From assembly GCA_036172245.1 (NCBI GenBank), contig JAYWIR010000033.1:1364001-1428000 (forward strand): a DNA stretch of 64,000 nucleotides, written 5' to 3'. The notes beneath the pieces were generated by a model. That model had not been told where the DNA came from, made no database searches, and worked only from the letters and a program-made list of their open reading frames with translations. A program made the position numbers and the translations under genes. Source of the DNA: Raillietiella orientalis (taxonomy: Eukaryota). Within the stretch, counting starts at the first letter, position 1. The number at the start of each line of letters is the position of its first letter. Shown here in pieces: positions 52,201 to 64,000 of the stretch.

Positions 52201-55054
52201 CTCCGCGTGTGTGAACAGAAAAAGGGAGAACTTTTCAAACTAGCACAACCAAAATATATGTGTTTGAACTTTTTCTGTCACATATTGTTGGTGCTTTTCT
52301 TATTATTCACTATGATTGCAGTCTCATTTATCCCATATCATTTCCATTTTGACTTCAAACTTCCAGAACTTACAGTATTTGAATGTGTGAGTATTGCTTG
52401 AGGACATTTTGACACGTGATAATTTTCTGTTGGTCATTGTTTCAGAACTTATAGATTTTCTAGTGTTGCCCATTTCTCTTTGGTAATGTAAATTTAGTGT
52501 AAATACAGGTGTGTGTACTTTTCTTGTTCTCATAAACAAGTTTTAGAAAATTGGTGGGAGGGTCAAGCTCCAATGGTCTGAAGCTCATAATAGCTTAGAC
52601 TGGAAATGGAAACCTTATAGCAATGCTTTCATAAATCCAATTGCTATTCCTTCAACAAACCGTATGGTTTCATTGTGCCATAGAGAATGCAGAAGTTTAA
52701 TCTTCGTCTAAGATATTAAGAAAAAATGCCGCCTAAACATATTTGTGATCAATTTGTGCTAGAAAGATCCTTGACTTTGTAAAAAAAAAAAAAAAAATGT
52801 GAAGAAAAAGACTATTAAGGACTTATTTTTGGTTGGTACTGTTCGCAATTCATGTTGATCATAAAAAGAAAAGTAATTTAGTGATGCAGGGATTTTGGGA
52901 ACTTTTTCGGCAGCCTGTGGACGTTAACATATGAGAAACACGACTGTTTGCTGCTGTTTTGTGAACTTTTGGAAAAAGAAAACACTTGCTTAGTAACAGA
53001 TTGCAAGTAAATACCAAGTGGGCGGTCACTCGAGAGATCCGTCTCCTCACTTAAGATTTGAGCACGTTTTCTGGTGACCTAAAATATCTGCACATTATGT
53101 CTTCATTGCCTACGAGAATTCTATGGATGACGATGCATTCGTTGAAAGTATTACTTATGTGGTCACGAGTGTGATACACAAAATGTGCTTTTCAAGCATC
53201 CAATCCATGTGCTTTAGTAACCAACTGTGTTGAAACAGGAGGAGTACCCTCGATGAAACTATGATGATGACACTGTTCAAGGCTTGAAACTGATATAGCT
53301 GACACTTTCCAGCAATTCTGAAGACAGGAGTTCAGAAACCTGTGTTGTGCTGGATAAAGAGCAATTCTGAAATCTGGATGTTACGCCGGCTTCGAAAACG
53401 TATTGGATGCATCTAAATTCATTTGTGTCTGTCATAGCACTTTGTGCTATCAAAAGAACCACCAACTATATCTGAATTATTGCTATTACATCATGCACAG
53501 TAAAGGTATGTGGCCGTGAATGTCAGAGATATATGGGATTTGGTGTGTCTTCGAGAAACTCTTTGTTGGATGCATCACCCCAAAATTGGCGTCTTACATA
53601 ATGTGAGAGAAGACCTTCGTATTTCTGTATTCGTTGGATCGCAGATCGTATTCAAAAAAGTTATCTTGAAGAAGTCACGTACATGACATATAAGCATCAT
53701 AAATATCAGCTCAAATGGAGAAGATTGTGATCGAAGAATGAATAAAAGTTTATTTGCAAACTTGAATATGCTAATGGGGTCATTCAGTGCCTAAACTACG
53801 ATAAGTTAATTGAGAAAGCATTCTCTCTATGGAGTCACAGCATAAACATGTACGTACTCTTTTGGTCATGTGATTGCTGTTGGTAGCCCACTACCAGTGT
53901 TACTCTCCGATGCGAAAGTTATTCAAGTAATGCCATTGGTCTGAACTTCAGCTTCAAGACTTGAATCTTGGTGGGATTCGGTACGGTTGATGTGACGACG
54001 ACTCTCGGCAAAACTATCATGCTGGTGAACTGCGAGGAACGTACATCCTTGGAAAGTGCAAGCATTGAGATGTAAAACCCACTGTGAATGCTTCAAAAAT
54101 GATAAGCTCTCTCGGATGCTGACTGGTGACTAGATTTTAAGGATGCGGTTGTTGCTGAATAGTAAAAAGTGCAGTGGGTGTGGGAAAGCGAATGCTACTC
54201 CTTGCTTTTTCAGAGCATTTCAGCTAGGCTATGGCAGAGCCTTCAGTACATCTCGAAGTCTTTAGGATGTAGGCAGTAAATCGGTACTTGAGTTGGCCGT
54301 CATTCGTAGGGATCATATGATCTCCGTGTTTGGTTTTCAATTTTCGGTGCGTCCAGAGAAAGAAAAATGGAAGCGCAAATTGTCGAGTGTACTCGTCGTA
54401 ACTGTCGGTGATAGCTCACGAAGAACAAGAGGGACGCTGGATGGGGAAGAAAAAAAAAAAAAAAATGAGAATCCCGAAAGCAGCCCTTCATCTTTCATTT
54501 ACCTCACGCTCTTGCGTAGTAATGAGAAACGAGAACAGCGGACTTGGAGAATGAGGTGAAGCGTTTTGAAGGTTTGGATGTTCAGGCGTGCGAAATGAAA
54601 AGAAACCAGTGATTTCAGGAAAGAGTTCAGATTCTGTAAAGCACGGATTGGTGCCTGGTTCTGGTTTGAAATCAGTGGCATACCAAGTTCTGGAATCGAA
54701 GCTGCCTGTTTCCAGAAGTTTTGCGATGGGGTAACGAATACAATTTTGGATCTGGAGCTGCCGCCGCTACTATTGATGAGTCTGCCGACGAAAATAATAA
54801 ATACGCGAACTGTCTTTTGTCCTTTTCAAGTTGTTAATTTCATAATGAACTGTGCTGCCGAGTCTTATGAGCTCGGAATTCCAAGTGAAAGTTCCGTGAA
54901 GGAATTGGGGATGTGCTGACGTCACTCGGAGTTGAGGACGATTGTGTGCTTGTCCCATTATCATTGTGCTGGGAGCGTGCAGCATCTTTACGCAGCCATA
55001 ACGTTCGTCGTGTTATTCGTAAGCACGTGTTATTGCACGTGTTCTTCGCAAAGC

Positions 55055-55085
<31 letters not shown>

Positions 55086-55672
55086 CCCGCTCGAAATTGT
55101 GTTTGCTGTGAACGCCTGGTCCGAAAGCCCCGTGATGCTGTTGGTCGTCTGCGTCTTAAGAGTAGACGAATTTGGGGAAGCCGAAGTGGAAATCAATAGT
55201 GTCAGTCGGTGACTGTAAGCACACTCCGCTCCTTTTGTCTCTGAAGTTGTCCCCCAAGGGTTCCTCTCTCCTTTTGCTGTTGTTTGTTTCTTCCACAGTT
55301 TCCTTTACTCGAAGGCATCCAAGAACGAATCAGTAGCTGGAGATGGGTTTCAAGGCAGCAGATGATGATGGCGTGGGTGATCACGCTCTCCTCAAATGCA
55401 TCCGAACTCTTCGTCAGGATCGATTCCCTCGTGCTTTTTCACGTATGCGAGAGAAATCCTTGCGGTGAACGGAGTCACACTCTTGCGTGCAGGCATTTAA
55501 AGAAAAAGCGTTTGGCGGGAAAAGCGCGACGATTAGTAGGAGAAATGCAAATTCCCTTAGCGAATGACGGCGCACAGCACACACTTCAAACAGCCCTCTT
55601 TGCAAAGGAAAAAAAAAAAAAAAAGTTTTATCAGGTGTCTCCTATCTTATCAGCATTTATTCTTTTCTTTTC

Positions 55673-55707
<35 letters not shown>

Positions 55708-58465
55708 CCCTCCCCTAAGGACTTGGTCACACCAAAGCAAACCCCCCTTTATTTGAATACCTGGCGCACGTCTCCAAACAGAATTTTTCTGTGTGTGCTT
55801 CCGTCGCACCCAATTATGGCTAAAGCATTTCAATGGTGAACTGCTTGGTTGCCATGGAAAAGTGCTTGCGATGAATCACTATGGATGATGTAATCTGGAC
55901 TTCGTATTACTATGTTGTGGCTTTAGCAAGAATTCGGTCGTTCCACTGCCATTTTACTGATCCGGCTTTTCTTTTCTGTTCGGTGCTTGTGTTCGCATTG
56001 AGCATTTGTTCCAAGTATCTGCTGCATGATATGTCACAGAATCGGATTCCAGTTGCTCTCTTTTAATCAGCCATCTTCATTCTATGTTCAAAGTATGGGT
56101 TGATCACTGGGGCCCTGTTGCCCGGTATCATGTTGAAGGATTTCTCAGATCCGCCTTTCAGGTGGATCCGATGCTTCCCCTGAAGATTTTCAATTCGTAA
56201 AGTGTTCACTGATGTTTCAGCGGACTGACTGTTTTAGTCGCATCTTCGTACCATTCATTGCTTCCGTTGCTGTTTTTATACCTCGTTAAGCAAGCAAAAG
56301 TCTGCTTCACGTAATCATTTTTTTGCTTTTAGCGGGTGACTGTACTCCTCCGAGTACACATCGGAGAAAGAGATGTATTTGATCATTAGCACCACACCTA
56401 GTGTCAAAAATCTCCAAGAGTTTCCAGATTCCGCTTCCTTTTTCGTGTGTGTGTGTGTGAGAAGCCTCATTTTGTCTGAGAAGATTTTGTGACTTCCCCC
56501 GTGTCGCAATTAGGTGACCCACGAAGTTTACGTTTCCGAAAAGTTTCGTGTCGTAAGAATATTGTCTTTGAAGTGTTTGAGGGAACCTTTCTCTGTCAGT
56601 TCTTTCTTGCAATGGATTTGTGCATTTTGTGAAGAACTCGTGAATAGAGGCTGCAAGCACCGACTAAGGTCACTCTCGTCTTTCCCAAACCAACTGGAGT
56701 TTTTTTCCTATCCCCCCCCCCCCCCCGTGAAGGTCTGCGGCTGTTAATCCTTTGGGAACTTGTTTCTATACTGCTGAAGGAATGCGGTCGTCGAGGCCTC
56801 TGAAGCGCACGAGGAGTGAAACGCAGCAGATCAAACGATTTGTCCTTTGATCTTTTCGGGCTGTCCTTTTTCCGATTTAGTCTGACGGCTGCCGGTTTTG
56901 TCCTGTGCTGCCCACATTCTTTCAGGAATCCCAAATGCCAAATGCCCTCCTCTCGGTGATCGTGATTTTCTTCCATGTTGAGAAAGACTTTGTTTCACAA
57001 TCTTTGCCCCAAACAGATCTTTCTTTGCCCCTTCCCTCTTCGCCGATTAAATTCCGTTGTCTCTTCGTTCCGGCGCCGTGTCCTCCAATTTCATAGTCGC
57101 GAAGCTCTTGCAAGCCCTCAATGAGTAAACCTTTACCGTGGTCATCGGAGTTCATCCAACGCAAAATTCAGACAATAATAGAATATAGAATAGAATAATA
57201 GAATACAATAATGGAATTCGAATGTACGCATCATTGGTAGTTTGGTCCAATTTTCTTTTCTTTTCTCTTTTTTCCTGCCAACTGACTCTTTCAATTTGAT
57301 TTTCTTGTGTGTGCTCGCTGTGCGTTTCTAAGGCCTTTTTGTACGCTATGTTAAGACGATTAAGGGATGACAGGGGAGCATTAGCATCACTGAAAATGGT
57401 CATGAAGAGTCGGGAACTTGGAGGGGGGGGGGGGGGATTGATGCGAGCACCCGGCCGCATGGCTCTGTGAAGATGCAAACCATCCCCTCAGATCGCTTTG
57501 ATGCGAAGTTCTGCACGATTCCACCGGAAAAATGGAAACGTATAAGTGGTTGTTTTTTTTGCTCCCAGGTGTCTGTTCCTTCTCTTGGCTTGGGTGCGCA
57601 TGTTTGTGAGTTCGGGATGCTGGATCACTGCTTATCGTGCAAATCATTGCAAATTTCTTATATAGCAAGAAAAAAAGGTCGTTTTTGAATTTGTTTTTTT
57701 TTTTTTGGTTTTCCCATTTGGATAACTTCACAGCAAAGTACAACACGAAGCAAATTTTCAGGATTTTTAATCGTTCTGAATTTATTGGTCCTATCTGAGC
57801 AAGTGAAGGCTTCAGTGCGCTGATCCACGGGAGGATATCGCGTAGGGGTATTGCTGTACACGTTGTAAACGGGAAATTCAAATTTCACTTCGTACACAGT
57901 TTGTGCTTTCCAATGTTCCGGGACTCACGTCATCGGGTGATCTCCTCGTCAAAAGACGGATCACGCTTAGATATATGGCTGGCGACCGGGTCGCTGAACT
58001 CGTATGTCGTCATTTGTGCCATGCAGGTACTCCGGGAATTATCCCGCAGGACAGTAAAAAGCATTACAATGAAAAAGATTCATTCTCCTGATGCCATAAG
58101 TTTATCGTATGAGCTATCCTGGCGGCCGGTCATCACAGTCTGTTTTTTTTTTTCTTCTTTTCCGAATCAAGGGTATGAGTGTGATGCAATATTTTCAACG
58201 CCAAGAGCGACCAAAGCTCAGCATCAGCATGCTGTAGTCTCGTAAATTTTCATCCATATGTTAGTATTCAGACACTGTCGTCATGATAGTGTAATATGGA
58301 TGAAATTTTTGAAAACTGAAAGTAATTCTTGTGTTGAATTTTCTTAGGTATTGGTGGAATTAAGTATCTTGGACAATGGACATTGGACTTCTTTATTTGA
58401 ATGTGCTCTTACCGTTTAAGCTAATCACATTGAAATAACATTAGAAGATTTTCGGCAGTCTGAGA

Positions 58466-58651
58466 ATGGAGGCAGCGGAGGAAAACAGCATCACTATGGA
58501 TTGTTCGGAAAAGAGAATTCCGGAAGTAACCAACATTGCTGAAGTTCTCTCAAAGGACATGAACACAAAGCTTAAATTTATCATTCTCATCGATTTAATA
58601 GAAAAGAATCAGATTAGCAATCGTGATGTAGTGGGTGCTGTCCAGCATTTG
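58466..58651 (+). CDS. Neurobeachin/LRBA-family (rugose-like) first coding exon: MEAAEEN…KLKFIILIDLIEKNQISNRDVVGAVQHL
   Basis: Resembles the NBEA N-terminus MKFAVLIGLI..GEVSNRDIVETVLNL. In-frame stop upstream at 58436-58438; donor ttg|gtgagc, phase 0. Confidence 0.85.
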
Positions 58652-60124
58652 GTGAGCTATCCTTTATACGTTTTTTATTCCCTTCTTCAGCAATAATTCA
58701 GCTCCTTCGAAATAATGAAGCAGCGTTTTTTTGTTTTTTTTTTCTTTTGCTGGAGTGATGGGATGGCATTCAGAAATGAATCTTCTTTCCAAAATCTAAC
58801 AGCATACTGACTAGAGGCATCTGGACCTTGCAGAGTCACTTTACGTCACTGTGCTGTGTGTCTTGCACTGTTTCTTGAAGTTTCGTGAACGTGAATTTCT
58901 TCCCCTTGTTATATATACCTCCTTGTGTTCTGTGCGCAGCCTCGTGAGCGAACACTGACGTCTTCAGCTGACCATGCATTACAGCGTGTTCCAATAGCCT
59001 CGTGTGGATGTCACGTCAGTGTGTGTGCTATCCTTGATCGTGTGTTTGTCACCTGTTGAGGCGTCTGCATCAGTTGCAGGGACCGACGTCTGCAAGAAAG
59101 CGAAGTTGCGAAAGAAAAAAAAAAAAATTGTAAAGAAGAGAAAAGGGTTCTTAGCCGATGTGATGTGCCGTTCTAAAATTCTAAAGGATTCTGATATCCG
59201 CGAGGAGCATGCCGGTGATCCTACATCTGAAGCGGTTTCCAAGGGCCGTTCTTCCAAGGCGTTGCTTCTCCTTCCTTGCGTGAGGATGCAAAGGAAATTC
59301 ATCTGTGGGGATTCTCTTGGAGCTGCGATTGCTTCTTCGTGGGTTAACCCTTGAAGCACAGTTTTGTTTCGCGGGGGTGCTGCGAGTGCACTTTTTTCTC
59401 TTTCTGACCCGACACTCAGAATTCCTGAATCCGCGGTGGCGGTGGACTTCTTCGAGTCCTTCTACCATGCTTGCAGTGTGCATCCACTTGTGGTGTAGTC
59501 ATCTGTTCGGCTGCTCTGTGGATAATTTCCATCTTTTCTTGTTTTCGTTTTTCCTTTTTTTCTTGAAAGAAAAGTTTTTTCCCCTTTTCAATAATTCATT
59601 GCAGTTGAGTTCCCCTGTTCCTTCCCTTTCATTAGATGATGATTGCTTCCTTCGGCACAGTTTCCTGGAATTGCATTGCAATATTCCGAATGGCTGCGAG
59701 TTTTCACCCAGATGTTGACTCTCGAGTTCACCTCTGCAGGAATAGCCTGCGATGATTTCACCTTTTTCATTAACACTCGAGCTGGCTTGAATTATGAACG
59801 GATTTCCATTCGGCTACCCGTTTGTGCCTGTCAGTGCCTTGCTACGACTCTGTATTCGTTTTCGATTTACGGCTGGAATTTCACTGGTGTGAATTAATGT
59901 AGAACTGATTCTAAATTGATGGAGGAGGAAACGAAAAGCTCCCCATTTACCTTCCAGCATCACCATAAGGGTTTGCATACTTTGCACTCTTCTGATGAGA
60001 TTCTAATGAACTAAAAAAGTTCTCACCCTTAATTTTTTTTTCCCCCCTTTTCCTAAGCAAAGTGATTATTCCCGTGAAACTGTGTAAATTAATTTTCAAG
60101 TTAATGATTCCTAATTGCTTTCAG

Positions 60125-60229
60125 CTGGTTGGAAGAGATTATGATTTGGAATCTCACTTCGTGATCCAAGATAGGAAGAATGTTTTGCATATGCTGGAGC
60201 TGATAGATCATTGCCCCACCCCCTTACAG
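60125..60229 (+). CDS. Neurobeachin-like coding exon 2: LVGRDYDLESHFVIQDRKNVLHMLELIDHCPTPLQ
   Basis: Acceptor tttcag|, donor cag|gtgact; 105 bp. Matches LVGGEFDLEMNFIIQD…M.ELL.HC…Q. Confidence 0.9.
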
Positions 60230-63130
60230 GTGACTGTTTCAGATCTTCCTTTCTGTTTGTGATTGCCCTGCCTAGTAAGTAGAGATGTTGTCATGTAAAC
60301 CGTGGTCCGTGATTCCCGAGCGAATTTTAGAGTCTGCCGAGATGACTAAGCACTCCTAATCCACCAACTGTGTGCTTAGTCGTGAAATGGTCTCGAATTC
60401 GTATTTAACGCCGGAAAGCCCCACTGTTTATTGAATATTTCGTTCCCAGCGTCTTTGGTGTTTCATTTTCGAAGATCCTTGTAATCTATCATGCATCATT
60501 TAGCAGTGCATTATCGATGATTTTTCCATTGTACGTACAGCGGGTGAAATCGAGGTATCACGAAACAAATCATTGATTCTTTCACATCATTTATCGATTT
60601 TCATGTGACTTGATTGTTTTTTTGTCATTATTTCCCCCCCCCCCCATAGATTATTTACGAATTTAAGGGAAGGAATAAAAACGACGTATTCGTGTATTTA
60701 TTTGTGTTTCTCTGTGAATACTTTCGATTTTTCGGCGTGCACCGGCACGAGGGAACAGTTGTGCCTTTGGGAGTAATTACGCGGATATAGAATAAACTGC
60801 AAGATACTCAAAACAGATGAAGTTGTTTGGCAAGTGAACGCATCTCAAGGTGAATGGTCTCTCGATGCTGATATATAAACAGTCATCGACTATTTTTCGG
60901 ATCCCACACATCATGACGTCCACGAAATGAAACGAAAAAAAAGACGGGTTCTTCTCGTTGCTGGAGAGAAATTACCTTCCAGCATGTACGCTTGCAAACC
61001 ACGAAAATGACCCTTCTGCTATAGGAAAAGAAACGAACGATCCACGTGGGCTTTGTGGAGAATGCGGCGTGCATGCTGAAGCGAATTACCGAGTCGTTTT
61101 CCTGAATGATAATGAATGAGTTGCATGGAAATCGAGAATTCCCATGTGGTCTCACGACAGAGCACCGAAGGTCGTCGGCGGTCAACACGATTGAAATTCG
61201 CTTTCGACTTACGTAAACGGTGTGTGCTTTGAATCGTAATAAAGACCTGCAGAAAATGGGAAAGCAGCCCTGGGGGCTTGGTCGTGTTGCCAGAAGTCAC
61301 TGGCCAAATAAGCAGCTGCCCTAACGTGTTTGCTCCCGTGTTCAGTTTACATCCGAACACGGAAACCAAATTAAAACCCGTTGAATCGGCCATGCGGCGT
61401 ATTTTTGCATTCGAGGACCCAATCGAGAAATTAATAGGGAAGTTGAAGAAATGGGAGAACTTCAATACTTCAAGGGAATATTCACACTGTTAATGACGAT
61501 GCGTAAATTTTAGGGACGTGCAAAAAAGTAGATTCGAATGAATCGGTGAAGATCAAGCGTTGAATGAGGATGGGGTCCAGCGATCATTTCTTTGGTTTGA
61601 ATTCATCATAGCGAAGCAGAATCTATTACAAGTGACCTTATGGAAGTCAGCGGATTTACGAACCTTCAGAACTGTATTTTGGTCGTGATTACGAGAAGTT
61701 CGTGAATGCCAGTAAAATACTCAAAGAGCAGTATGTCCTTCATTTGATTTCCCAGAAAATTGTGGAACAAGTCGAAGACGGTGGTTTCTGGTATTTCATA
61801 AAGAGCATGAAAAGGATTGCAGATGGGATTAATGGATTGTGGATTCATCCTTCAGTATGAATTGATGTGTATTCCAAGAGTTTGAGCCAAGAAGTGAAAA
61901 GTGTGCAGCAATACTCTGAGAAGAGTTTACTTTGAGAACAGTCTGAACATAAACATGTTTGAAGGACAAGAACCCTATATGAATAGATAGCTTGATGATA
62001 TTGATAATAATTTCTAGAATCTTCAGCAATGGAGAATAAAAGCGACGATTTCTACGATACGTTAGTCACTCCTAGAAAAATAGAAAAAGGATCAAAAAAA
62101 TTGTTTCATTAAGGAAGCGATCCTTTTTCTGTTTCTTCCCTAATGGATATGAGGAATGGTTCCTCGATGTTGACGAAAACCACAATTCACACGCACGCAT
62201 ATGGAATTGAATTATTCTTGTATTTTTTATTTTACTCTACTTTTTTTTCTCATTCTCTCTCACCCCTTTTTTCTAACGAAATTGGATTAGCACCTTGACG
62301 TATTTCAGATTGAGCGTTTATACTGAGAGGGAAATATAACGTAATAATATCGTCTTTACATAAAGTAAAAGCTTATGTGAAGTAATAACTGATTAGCTGG
62401 TTTAAATTGCTTGGGATATAAAAGTTGTTTAGAATAGTTCTGCAAAGTACATAAGAAAGATATTTCTACTCCTTAAATAAGTGCTGTTTCCTAAAAACTC
62501 AGTGGAAGACAGGTTTTCAGAGGTCTCCATTGAAAAGTCTTAGTTTTTTAAAGAAATTTAACGACAGATTCATTAGGAACATGCACATACTCATATACTT
62601 ATTTAACATTATATTTAGTTTAAGAAGCAGCATTCCTTCCAAATGTAGGTGACTGTGGACAAAAGTTGAAGTACTGAATTTTCAGTACTGAAATCAGGCA
62701 GCCCATAACTGATGGAATTTTATTGTATAAATTGGCGATGTTTGCATCATTTTCCAAAAGACTGTAATAGCTTATCACGGAGTGAAATTTTTTCGGTATA
62801 GCTTTGAAAATGATTGCCTCAAATCTTTGAAAGAAAATTCAGAAGTACTCCTTAAGATCTCTGAGTAAACATCAAACTCAGAACATGCTGCACAATCTGA
62901 ATAATGAATAAGTAAATTGATTCACAACTGTGCAGCTAGTGGATTACATTTTCATTATTGGATTATCCTATTGCATCAGCACCGTGATTCCAATGTTTGA
63001 AAATTAGCCTTTGTGGCTTTTATTGCATTTTTTTTCCCCCTATTTTTAAGAGCTGCAATTCCATCAGCATTTATTAATTTGTAGAGTGGTATTTAAAATT
63101 GTAACCTGTCTTATGGATATGAATTTTCAG

Positions 63131-63257
63131 GCAGAAATCTGGAGCGTTTTCATCGCCATTGTCAAGAAAACCATTCACAACTTGGAATGTTGTGTTGAAG
63201 TTAGCCTTATTCAAAAAATTTTGGATCGCTTCAAATATGTAGATAGTCTGATTGCAG
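63131..63257 (+). CDS. Neurobeachin-like coding exon 3: AEIWSVFIAIVKKTIHNLECCVEVSLIQKILDRFKYVDSLIA
   Basis: Acceptor ttttcag|, donor g|gtaatt; 127 bp, phase 0 to 1. Matches AEIWSMFTAILRKSVRNL…EVGLI. Not in the ORF track. Confidence 0.9.
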
Positions 63258-63914
63258 GTAATTAATCTATTCAGTTATATAATAGTAATCATGAATGATT
63301 GATATGATCTAAGTAATCATGAATGATTAATTATAAATAGGTAAATTTATTTTATATGGCTTCTGAAGCAACCTTCCCACTGTATTCAGGAATTATGCTA
63401 TGCCTTTATCATTAATGCTATTATCATTAAAAACTAAAATAAATTTTTTTATTGTTCCCTTGATTAAATATTAAATTAAATTGATTATTTTTCTTGTAAT
63501 ATCCCGTGAGACCTTTTATGAGGGGCAGGTCTTCTCTGTTCCATTTCAGTAAAGTAAAGTAGACATCCAAAATTTCATAATAATGGAGTGTAAATGGGAT
63601 TCATCATTAATGTATCTTAGCTTACAAGGAACTAATATGCCTGCTCCCCAGTTTCCAATATTATGTATCGACATAATGACCAGCATTCTTTTAAAAATAT
63701 TAAACGGAAACGTGTAGTATTTGAAACAAGTTGTTTGAGTTGATTACTTCTTGTGAATTTTTTTTTGGAAATTACTTTATATGAATTTCATGTTTATCTG
63801 TTCAGTGTATGCTGTGGTGCATATATGAGTATGTTTGCATGTATGACATTAGAAATTTCCTTTATTTTATCTCTTGAATGGATGCTGTTTGTTGTACTCA
63901 TGTACTTGTTTCAG

Positions 63915-64000
63915 ACCTCTTGGTTGAGCTCTTGGGAGTATTAATTAACTATAGCATTACAGTTAAAGAATTGAAATCGCTACTAGGATCAATGAAAGCA
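63915..64000 (+). CDS. Neurobeachin-like coding exon 4, runs off the window: (D)[28 protein letters not shown]
   Basis: Acceptor gtttcag|, phase 1. Matches [23 protein letters not shown]. Confidence 0.9.

Noticed and set aside
52900..58300. Possible additional gene between Rdl and the neurobeachin-like gene
   Set aside because: Only short ORFs with homopolymer-derived K/F runs; no recognisable protein motifs or consistent exon chain.
63284..63328. Short direct duplications (agtaatcatgaatgatt twice; also aagtcttacttaat twice near 51137)
   Set aside because: Ordinary slippage duplications in AT-rich intronic DNA.
1..64000. CRISPR arrays, operons or prokaryotic defence systems
   Set aside because: No regularly spaced repeats or dense bacterial-type ORFs; the sequence is intron-containing animal DNA.

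Overview
Animal (very likely arthropod) genomic DNA with GT-AG introns; it is not prokaryotic, and almost all ORFs in the supplied track are spurious. The window holds two real genes, both on the + strand. (1) An Rdl-type GABA-gated chloride channel subunit (Cys-loop receptor). Eight phase-compatible coding exons between 12307 and 41199 give about 590 aa; the signal-peptide exon was not found. It carries Ser at the M2 2' position (A301S equivalent), plus Ile and Ala at the V332 and T350 equivalents, a long lineage-specific M3-M4 loop, and apparently no duplicated exon 3 or exon 6. (2) The first four coding exons of a divergent neurobeachin/LRBA (rugose-like) gene from 58466 to the window end. 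The GC-rich Rdl introns and flanks contain at least five copies of a tRNA-derived SINE, some as inverted pairs. They also contain heavily decayed BEL/Pao, gypsy and LINE relics (recognised by eye from motif order only) and several near-perfect palindromes. An AT-rich, CpG-depleted zone starts near 49.5 kb. I found no convincing wholly new biological system; the best leads are the resistance-type residues, the inverted SINE pairs, and the Rdl-neurobeachin neighbourhood.
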